Assembly: GCA_044426075.1 (NCBI GenBank)
Contig: JAWXUT010000003.1
Coordinates: 1-33,002, forward strand
From: Bacillota bacterium
GTDB taxonomy: Bacteria > Bacillota > Clostridia > Christensenellales > DTU072
Direction: 5' to 3'
Length of the DNA stretch: 33,002 bases
Position numbers and translations under genes: made by a program. The notes beneath the pieces were generated by a model. It did not search any database. It saw only the letters and a list, made by a program, of their open reading frames with translations, and was not told the DNA's origin. This document shows positions 9,849 to 20,200 of the stretch, in pieces (within the stretch, counting starts at the first letter, position 1; each line of letters starts with the position of its first letter).

Positions 9849-10423
9849 TAAACGCTCATTATCTCCTTTTCTTTATCAGCAGTCATCTTTTCGATGGTTG
9901 CAATTGATTGAGAAACCTCTTTATCAACATCTTTCTCATAAACTTTAATTTCGTCTTCTGTTATGATGCTATCTTTTTTAAACGAACGCAAATCATCAAT
10001 CGCATCACGCCTAATATTTCTAACCGCAATTTTAACTTGCTCGCTCATGGCCTTAATATCTTTGCCAAGAGCACGGCGTCTTTCTTCGGTAAGTTCTGGG
10101 AACACCATGCGGATAAGTTTGCCGTCATTATTAGGTGTAATGCCCACATTAGCAGCAGTAATAGCCTTTTCTACTGCCTTAATAGCGCTAGCATCCCAAA
10201 CAGAAATGGTCAACAATCTTGCTTCAGGAATAGTTATGTTAGCCATTTGATTAATTGGGGTAGGTGTGCCATAGTAGTCAACAAGCACCTTATCTAGTAT
10301 GTGTGCGTTAGCGCGACCAGCCTTCATAGCTAGCAATTCGCTTTGATAATTAGCAATTGTTTTTTGTGTTCTAGTTGTAAGGTCATCGAAAACCAATTCA
10401 ACTTCTTCAATCTCATATGCCAT
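9848..10423 (-). CDS. frr: Ribosome recycling factor
   Basis: AGRAN..LD.V.VDYYG.PTP, PELTEERR, KIAVRNIRRDA, KEKEIM; RBS AGAGAGG. Confidence 0.97.
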   Translation of the reverse strand: MAYEIEEVELVFDDLTTRTQKTIANYQSELLAMKAGRANAHILDKVLVDYYGTPTPINQMANITIPEARLLTISVWDASAIKAVEKAITAANVGITPNNDGKLIRMVFPELTEERRRALGKDIKAMSEQVKIAVRNIRRDAIDDLRSFKKDSIITEDEIKVYEKDVDKEVSQSIATIEKMTADKEKEIMSV

Positions 10424-10461
10424 AAAATTATGAACCTCTCTTAATTAATTTAACAACTTAT

Positions 10462-10490
10462 ATAATAACACATAATTTAATAAATATCAA
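10462..10490 (-). promoter_or_regulatory. Putative sigma-A promoter of the frr operon
   Basis: TTGATA-17 bp-TATTAT with extended TG. Confidence 0.55.
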
Positions 10491-10638
10491 CAATAATACA
10501 CAGAAAATACCTAAACGCGCTAACATTTATCAAATACAACAAAATAAACCCCATTTTTAGCGCTATAATCACGATATAATCTGTATCTAAAACATAAAAA
10601 ATCACTATAATTTCACTTAAAATTGAAACATTAAATAC

Positions 10639-10673
10639 AAAAACACAACCTATTTAAACTTATAAGTTGTGTT
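10639..10673 (-). terminator. Putative intrinsic terminator downstream of the small Cys-rich gene
   Basis: Minus strand AACACAACTTAT-loop-ATAGGTTGTGTT followed by TTT. Confidence 0.55.
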
Positions 10674-10734
10674 CAGCAATAAATTGTAGACCCTTTCGCA
10701 CTGCAATATTGTAGGCGATATTTTGCAATAGAAA

Positions 10735-10932
10735 TTAATTTAAACTAGTGTATTCCGACACTTTTGCATCTCTTTGTGCCAAGCCTCTTCCGCATTTAAT
10801 ATTTGACAATGCGCAATGATTGTGGCAAGATGCACAGTTAAATTGCGACAAATAAGCATTGATTTCTGGATTAGAAATTTTTTCAACTTTCATCTTTTTG
10901 CCCGCTATTTTTTCTTTAATTTTTGTAAACAT
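10735..10932 (-). CDS. Small Cys-rich protein (CxxCxxxC-x6-CGRG), probably metal-binding
   Basis: 65 aa with AGGAG RBS, its own consensus-like promoter and a downstream terminator; motif CASCHNHCALSNIKCGRG. Confidence 0.75.
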   Translation of the reverse strand: MFTKIKEKIAGKKMKVEKISNPEINAYLSQFNCASCHNHCALSNIKCGRGLAQRDAKVSEYTSLN

Positions 10933-10962
10933 AGGTTACTCCTAACAATTATTTTCAACTAT

Positions 10963-10991
10963 ATTGTAGCACCACAAAATACACTAGTCAA
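10963..10991 (-). promoter_or_regulatory. Sigma-A promoter of the small Cys-rich gene
   Basis: TTGACT-17 bp-TACAAT with extended TG. Confidence 0.7.
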
Positions 10992-11034
10992 GGATTCCTT
11001 AATATTAATTAAAACAGCACCCAAGATTATAATT

Positions 11035-11064
11035 AAAATCCGCAATTTTTCATTATTCATTCAA
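11035..11064. repeat. Heptamer-type (TGAATAA) dispersed repeat, inverted copy of 22467-22496
   Basis: Reverse complement TTGAATGAATAATGAAAAATTGCGGATTTT matches TTGAATGAATAATGAATAATTGTGGATTTT at 28/30. Confidence 0.8.
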
Positions 11065-11154
11065 ACAGTACCCCAAGATTTGAGCGCTGTTTTGTGATAT
11101 ATGGCGTTGCAAAGAACTAAAACTTTTCTTACTACTAAATTTTGATAGAAGTCG

Positions 11155-11286
11155 AGTAAAAAGCCAGAGATTGCGTGCACAACGAAGCGAACGCCCAATT
11201 TTAAAAATCCTAATGTATCAAGATATACCTGAATTTTTAAAATTGGGCGCTCGTAAAGTTGTGTGCGTGATATATGGCTTTTTACT
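11155..11286. repeat. Long imperfect palindrome (about 132 bp) overlapping the giant gene's stop codon
   Basis: Nested arms AGTAAAAAGCCA/TGGCTTTTTACT, TGCGTGCACAAC/GTTGTGTGCGTG, CGCCCAATTTTAAAAAT/ATTTTTAAAATTGGGCG, TGTATC/GATATA. Confidence 0.9.
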
Positions 11287-14200
11287 TCTTAGAGAAGTGG
11301 AAAGAAACCAACCCCACAAGCAATGCTCCAACTACTGCTAAAATTATCCAGAATAAGATTGAACTTGTGGCATCTGCTAGTGCTGTTTGAGCGGTGTCGT
11401 ATACGAATACGAATGGTGACAAGCTGTCTGTTTCAAATACTGCATAGCCGTCAATTATTTCGTAATTTACAAAGCTAGAAACGCCGTCGTGTACGTGAAT
11501 AATTTCAAATCCCAAATCCGCTAGTTCTTCTGGAACAAGGATTTTTACAGTTATTGTGCCGTCTGGTTGCACTTCAAAGCCAGATTCTGAAAGAGAAATA
11601 TCAAAAGCTTTAACTGCGGTGTAACCACTTAATAGCACCAATTCTTCAATTGTTTCAATTTCTGTAATAACAGAAACTACAAGGCTGAAGTTAGGATCAA
11701 TACCGTTTTCGGTTGTAATAACAACTTCGTCTTGCAGAAGATTGTCATCCACATTTTCTTCTACATTAAGTTGAGCACTTTTTAGTACAAAGGTAAATGT
11801 GATATCAACTGTTGAGCCGTCTGTCCAAACGCAGCCGTCAATCAATGAAACGGTTACTGTGTATGTGCCCGCTACTGATTGAACGTTGCCAGAAATTGTC
11901 ATTTTTGTACTATCGTATCCAACTGGTAAATATGTAACGTTTTTGCCAACCGTAGTAAATACAGTGGTGTTTGCTGTTGGAATAGCAGCTGTTCTTGCAG
12001 TTAGCGTGCTGCTTAAGGTGTTAAGAAGCGCAATTTCTTCCACAAGAAGCGCGGCAACGTTTGCATCTAAGCTGTTGTAAGAAGCAATGGCGTTTGCGAT
12101 ATCGTCTTTATCGTCATACACAGCTGTTTCAGTTGTTAAACTCAAAGCGTAAGCGTGTGTTGTTGCAAAACTTTCTGCAACAGAAGCCGCAGTTACTAGT
12201 GTGTATAATGTAGCAGTTTGTACAAATGCGTCGAGTTCTGCGTATGTTGCGCAAGCATTTAAGGTTGTGATATCGGCTGCCATTGCTGATTGCAAAGCGG
12301 TAAAGCTAGCTACTGTGTAATCGGCTGCAACAATATCATCAGCAATCGCGTTGATTTCTGCAACCACGTCTGCAATATTATATTGAAGATCTGTTGAGTA
12401 AGCTGCTGCTTTAGCTGCAAGAGCGTCAACATCATATGACTCAATTGATGTTAGAGATGTCATAGCAGTTACTTTTGTTTTTGCGGTTGCAAACAATGCT
12501 GAAATTGCTGTCCATTCGGTTTCTCTGTAATCGCTTTCTGTGTAGTTAGCAGAAATAGTATTGATTTGCGCAAGCACATCGTCTCTTGCTACCTTTACAT
12601 CAGAATCTTCACTTGTATAAGTTGCGGTGTAAGTAACGCTTGCTGTAGCTATAACAACGTCTGTATCCCAACCAGTAAATACATATTTAATATCACCAAC
12701 TTCTTTTCCAACAACTTCTGGAACAATTGGCATTTCATTTAATAATGTGTAAACTACAAGGTCGCCAGTGTAGCTGAATACATCTGCATCCACTATAAAT
12801 GTAATTGTATATATTGTTTCATAAATCTCAAATGAAACAGTTGCGGTAACTTCTTCACTATTGTATTCAAATGTAGCTACAACATAGTATGTGCCCGCTT
12901 TAGCATTTGCAATATCTGTGACCTCAACTTCGCAAGTTTCATCAGAATAGTAAGCATAAGTTGCAGAAATCACTTCACCATTTACATAAGTTGTAGGAGC
13001 ATTTGCTGTGCTTCCATAATACCAATTTGTAATAATAACTGTTGGTTCTGCGGTTGAAGGAGCAAGAATTTCAAATGAAAGGCTAGTTGAAGTAATTTCA
13101 TCGTAGTTATCAGTTTCATCGATAACAGCTTTAGCGTAGTAAGTACCAATTTTTGTTGGCATACCAGCAGTATAAGTGCCGTTTTCTTCTGTGCTGAATA
13201 CATAATATACATCATCTTCGCCAAACATAGCTTCAACTGTAAACTCGCTAGGCTCTTCACCATAATACCAGCTATTGCCACCTATTTGGAACATAATGCT
13301 ATTTGTAGCCTTAGTAACTGTCAATGTGCCAGTTTCAAAAGTGATATCATAATTGCTATCTGTTGCACTTGGTGCTATTGTATATTCACCAACATTGCCG
13401 GCATAAACAACTTCGTTAGAATCAACAACTGTGTAAGTGATTGCAAGTGCGTCTTCGCCAACCAATGTTACAATTGTGCTTTTGTATGTTGGTGTATTTC
13501 CATATGAAATAGATATATCATCTGCAGTTACTGTAATTTCTTTAGCTGAAACCGTAAGTTTTCCATATACAATAGAAACATTGTAGTTTGAGCTTACAGT
13601 AACATTAGGTACAATATTATATGAACCCACAGCGCTTCCTACTTCATAAGAACAAGTGTATTCAACAGTAATCAATTTTTCATCAGCCTCAAGAAGTGAA
13701 CCACTTGTAATTGTGTATCCATAGCTTGCTGTTGGGGCTGCGTCGCCATATGTGATTGTAGCGCTTGCTGCAGTTACAGTAATTCTTTTTGTGCTAACCG
13801 TCAATTTGGCATCAGTAACAGAAACAATATAGTTGTCGCCCGCTGTTGCTGTTGCGGTAATAGTATATGAACCCACGTTGCCTTCGTAATCAGAAACAGC
13901 GTATTCAATTGTAATCTCATCACTATTAAACAATCCAGTAACCTTGCTTGTGTATGAAGGTTCACTATCACCATAAGTAATGGTTTCAGAGTTGATAATT
14001 ACTGAAACAGCCGCTTGTTGCACCTCAATTTTTACAATTTTATAAACATCTGAAGTGTAGTTTGATGAATTATTAACGCTAATCTTAACATAGTATGTGC
14101 CCGCATCTGTTGGAGCTGTGCTTGTATAGTCACCATTCTCACTTGTGCTATATGTATACACAATTGTTCCAAAATAATCATTAGCTACAGCGCCACTAAT

Positions 14201-17200
14201 TGTCTGAGCCGCACCATTGTAAGTGTATTCAGTTGCTACCCCAGTAGTTGAAATTGTGGTTGTAGCTTGATTAATTACAAGAGTAATAGTAAGAGCTTCA
14301 GAAGAATTGCCATCCTCCAATATCCACTCATAGTTAGCAGTATCTTCTAACGTAACCGAACCAGTATAAGTTCCAGCATTTAACCCAGTAGCTTGTAAAA
14401 CCGTGTACAATCCATCGCTATCTGCACTAACATCAGTAGTAACTTGAGAACCATCGTATGTTTCCGTAAATGAAACATCTGGTGCAGTTACTGTTGCTTT
14501 TGAAATTACAAATAGAACTGCTGAGCTTGTTACTAAATAATAGTCATCAGTTGATGCAATACTTGCTTTTACATAATATGTACCTGCATTTGTTGGTACT
14601 GTACCTGTATAGTCACCATTTTCGCTATCGCTATATGTGTACGTAATTGTATCTGTACCGAACTTTGCTGTTGCTGATGGTGCGTTAACTGTGTCGCCAT
14701 AAGTCCAATCTGTAATTGCAAGGTCTTCTGTGAACTCATTGTCAGCTTGTATTACTTTAAATGTAACTTCTGTTGTTGTTATGCTGTAGTTATCATTAGC
14801 CGTATAACTAATTTTAACTGTGTATGTGTCTACATTACTACCAACTTCATAATCACATGATACACTAATTTCAAAGTCACTTAAATCAGCGGCCAGTATA
14901 TTACTTGTTGTGTACTCATATGTTGGCGCTTCACTATAATAGGCAATTTCTTCTGCAGATACAGTAGATGTAATTGTTGCAGAACGCTGTCCGATTGTAA
15001 ATGATATTGCACTGCTCGTTGCTGATGCATAGTTTTTATATGCTGAATCGTCTGCTACAGAAACGGCTTTTACATAATATGTGCCAGCGTTTGTTGGAAC
15101 AGTAGTTGACCAATCTGCATCATCTAAATCAGATGTATAATAATATGTTATTGTATCTGTACCACCAAAAGTAGCTGTTGCTGATGGTGCGTTAACTGTG
15201 TCGCCATAAGTCCAATCTGTAATTGCAAGGTCTTCTGTGAACTCATTGTCAGCTTGTATTACTTTAAATGTAACTTCTGTTGTTGTTATGCTGTAGTTAT
15301 CATTAGCCGTATAACTAATTTTAACTGTGTATGTGTCTACATTACTACCAACTTCATAATCACATGATACACTAATTTCAAAGTCACTTAAATCAGCGGC
15401 CAGTATATTACTTGTTGTGTACTCATATGTTGGCGCTTCACTATAATAGGCAATTTCTTCTGCAGATACAGTAGATGTAATTGTTGCAGAACGCTGTCCG
15501 ATTGTAAATGATATTGCACTGCTCGTTGCTGATGCATAGTTTTTATATGCTGAATCGTCTGCTACAGAAACGGCTTTTACATAATATGTGCCAGCGTCTG
15601 TTGGAACATCTCCTGAATATGTGCCATCTTCCATATCACTATATGTATAGGTAATTGTACCACCAAAAGTTGCTGTTGCTGTTGGTGCGTTAGCTGTGTC
15701 GCCATAAGTCCAATCTGTAATTGCTAAATCGGATATAGTATTTGTAGCTTGTGTAATTGTAAGGGTTGCTGTCATACTGCTAGGAGCCTTATAGTTAGCG
15801 TCACTTGTTTCAAATGAAGCTGTAATTGTGCCAGAGCCTACATTTGTTACGCTTCCGCTATATGAAACCGTAATATCTGAATTTAGCGCTACGCCATCAG
15901 CAAAAGTCAAAGAACTTAGCGATTGTTCAGAACCATTGTAAACTGAACTACCATTTTCAAATGAAACACCAGTCATATCATAATCAGCCTTAGCTATTTT
16001 AAAGTCAAATGTTTTTACTGCACCTTCTGCCCACTCGTAGTTAGTTGAGTCGTTTAGGGTTAGGGTGTAGGTGTAAGTGCCAGCGTTTGTTTGGGTTAAA
16101 GAGTATTCTTCACCATAATTAATTGTGTAGAATTCACTTGTAGCTAGATTATAAGTTTGTGCTGTGCCGTCGTAAGTGAACTCTGTGCTATCTGCATCGG
16201 GGCTAGATACTTTTGCTTTTAAAACAGCAAGTGTAGCGTTTTGTGATGCAATCAAAGTAAAGTTGTTGTTTGTATTATCATATATAGAATAAGTTACATA
16301 ATAAGTTTTATCTGCAATCAAAGCAGAAGACTTTACCTCTTCAGTTCTATCTTCATTTGAATAGAAAACAGTTTCAATATACCACGAATTTGAATAATTC
16401 ACTGCAGCGCTTACTTCATCTTCAATTTGAAGTGCCGTTACACTATATGCGCCATTGTAAACCGCAGTATAGCTAAGGGTTGGCAACGCAATATCATCCT
16501 TTGTATAACTCGCACTGCTATTTAGTATTTCAATAAGAGCCACATTGCCAGTGTAAGTTTCCGCATAGTAAGTTGCATCCCCAAAACGAGACCAACTGCC
16601 ACTTTCTTCTGTTATTGCAGAGAATGTAGAACTATTTGAATCAGCGATAGTAAATGAATCACCCACGCTATATGAACCAACAGTTTCGTCATTTAAAGTT
16701 ACTGAAACAGTTTTTCCACTTAATGTTGTAACATCTGATGGTGTGCTTGATAATCCATAATCACTGCTATTACCTTTTTGATAAGTATACTCAGCGTCAC
16801 CGTAAGAATAACCAGATTCAGCAATATCAAGTGCATTTGTAAGCACTAATTTGTTTGAGAAAACAGTGTTTGTGGTTGCACCAGAAGCTGAAACCGATGA
16901 AGCAGAATTATATCCATAACCAGAAGTAATTAAACCAATTACTGGATATGCGTTAGATGCACTTACATTAAAGAACGTATTAGTTACATCTAAATACAAA
17001 TCGCTTACTTTATTTTGTGCAGTAGATGTAGATGTGTCAGCCGCAATAACTGCGCCATAGTTACATGTTATTGTCGTAGGAGCTATTGAAGATAATGCAA
17101 GACTAGCTAAAGTAACAGCACAATTTGATATAGTTGTACCTGTAGCATTACCGCAAAATCCACCTACAGCAATAGTTAACGTGCCATTAGCACTTTGAGA

Positions 17201-20200
17201 ACCATACAAAACACCTTGAATATTTACAGTTGAATTTGATATACTTCCGCCAGATGAACTACCTGCTATTCCACCAATCAGTCTAACCTGATTGCCACTA
17301 GCGCGCAAGCTAGTTATTGTAACACCAGAAGCTACAGATACATTAATATTACTTATTGTACCTTCCAAATAACCTGTAAGCAATCCAAATGTTATTGTAT
17401 TTGTGCCATTTGAATATTTGTATGTAGCCGTAGATGTATAAATCAATGTTAAGTTTTTAATTGTACCATAACATTCTTGAACAAAGAAACTTGTGTTGTT
17501 GCTTGTGCTACTTGTGTAAGTCACAGTGCCAGAAAATGTTATTGTATATCCATTTCCATCAAGAGTGTATCCACTAGCAACTTTTCTAACAGCTGTTGTG
17601 CTAAAATAATTAGTGTCAGTAGATAAATCTACAACTAAATCACATGTTAGATAAGCATTGCCTGTGCCAGAATTTAGATATTCATAAAGTGATTCTGCAT
17701 CAGAAATTGCAGTGCCGCTTGCATTATAATAGCCATCTAGCACTGTGCCAGACTCAACTGCGCCATAAACATCAATTAAATCTGCATCGCCAGATAGGTC
17801 AAGCGCTTCTAGGTCTGTGGTTTTTTGCGTATCATCTTCGCCTGAATCTGCAATAGCAATTGTATAAGTGGTTACATTGCTAATTAGCCTATCGCCATTA
17901 TATATAGATATGTATACATTATATGTGCCTGACCTTGTAGGAGTATTGCTTGACTCATAAACAGCGCTAGCGCCACTATAGTATACAGAAACTGTAGCAT
18001 TTGCCTCAATTATAGCAATAAGATCTGTATCACTAGTAACACTGCTAATATCTTGTGAAGCATTTGCGCCATAGCTATATGTTATATCTGCACTATCACT
18101 ATTGTCATCTGCACTATCACTATCGTCAGTTATCACAGCCAATTTTTGCATTGTTGCTGTATAAGACAAATTAGTTGTGCTAGTACTACTATTATCATTG
18201 TAATAAATTACATCTGCAAGTGAATATGTACCAGTGTATCCACCAGCAACATAAGTGCTGCTAAACCTTGCCCAATCACTATCGTTTTGTGTTAGAGTTG
18301 CTAATATATTGCTATAATCAATGTTGGTTGCGGATAGATAAATTGTAAATGTAGCAAACAAGCCTTCATCTTCATTGTATCCCGCAACAAAGTCAGTTGC
18401 ATTGTCTCCAGTCATTGCTAACGCTGGTGTGTTGTAGTCTGATAAGTCATAAATTGAACTAGTTGTAGTAACATCATCATCTAAATCAACACCATAATCT
18501 AAACCGTCATCTTTTGCTTGCAATAAATACAAAGCTAAAACTGTTGGTGTCGCTTCACCTGAATCATATGCACCAGAAGCATATAAACCTATTTTGTTTG
18601 TATCAGTTGAAACACAACTATAAAAGTCATTTGAAACATCCAATATCATATTACTACTTTCGCCTGGACTAGCTGATGTAGCTTTACCAAAAGCCGCACC
18701 GATATAAGATGTAGTATCTGCATAACTAATTAATGAATTAGATTGCAAAATTACTGCAGAATTGCTAGCAGTAGTAGCATATTCGCCACTTATTCCACCA
18801 ATATCAGCATTAACTGCGTTTTCTGATGTTGCAAGAGAACCCTCTATATTCACCGTACAATTTGTTATAGTTCCAACACTCGCGTCTGCATTAGATCCTA
18901 CAATTCCACCTATAGCATAATGGCCAGTAGTATTGTTAGTGCTAGCTAATTCAATAGTAACTTTATCTGACACATAAACATAAACATTATCAATTGTGCC
19001 ACTCAAATAAGCAGTTACACCACCCCATTGTATGTTTTGAGAACTTGATGCTCCCATATTTGTTATGGTATAGGTTACAGGTGAAGTTGAGGTTGTATCA
19101 TATATAAAACTTAAATTTTGCACAGTTCCAGAAACATTGTGTATTAAAAAGCTCGTTCTAGTTAGAGTTGCTGATATAGTATCTGATATACTAACATCTG
19201 AACTTGCATAGAAGATTATAGAATAACCATTGCCTTCAAGTGTGCAACCGCTTGCAACATTTCTTGCTGTTCCATTATAACTAACATCAGCTAAATCTAT
19301 ATAAATATTGCATGATAAATATGCGCTACCTGTTCCGCCTTCCAAATATGATATCAACTCACTTGCTTTTGAAATTGCAGTCCAACTGCTATCAATTTCA
19401 TGATTTTCACCAACTGTGCCAGACTCAACTGCACCATAAACATCTATTAAACTTGCGCTACTTGATAAATCGAGGGAAGTTAAATCTGTTGTTTTTTGTG
19501 CTGGGTCTTCAATAATCTCTAAAGTGTAAGTTTGGGATACAAAAGTAATGTTATTGTATGCTATTTCACAATAAACTGAATATGTACCCGCTGTTGTAGG
19601 CACTGCAGATTGTGATGCATAATTTGTTCCCGAATATTGCACATTTAATGTGCAATATGTATTTAATCTTGCTACAATATAAGAATTATTAATAATATCG
19701 CTTATTTTAAATTCAGCGGATAGTGTATCATATACAGTTTTGTCATAGTCTGTATCACTTGGTGTAACCACTGCCGTATTTTCTGTAATCTCATAAGCAA
19801 TAGTTTCACTGCTGTTCAATATAATGTCTGCAATGCTAAATGTGCCAGTATAACTCTCAAAAATATTGTCTCCGTTAAATCGACACCACGCGTTCTCATT
19901 AGTTTGCGTTACTGCAAAAAGAATGTTTGTATCACTAATTGTAAATGAAGAAAACAAACTATCTGATACACTAGTAACACTACCTGTTCCACTATCCACG
20001 CTTATACTCGTTGGTGCGGAATAATTATATAAATTAATTATGCTTGGTGTTGATAATGTATTGTAATAGTTTGAAGAAGTAGAGTCAGCTGTAGAAGTAG
20101 AAGTATAAGTTTTGGTTGGTAATGATGCAGGAGCCTCGCTCAAATAAATCAAATCATCACTATAGTTTGCATCCTCACCATCATAGGTTGTTATTATGCC

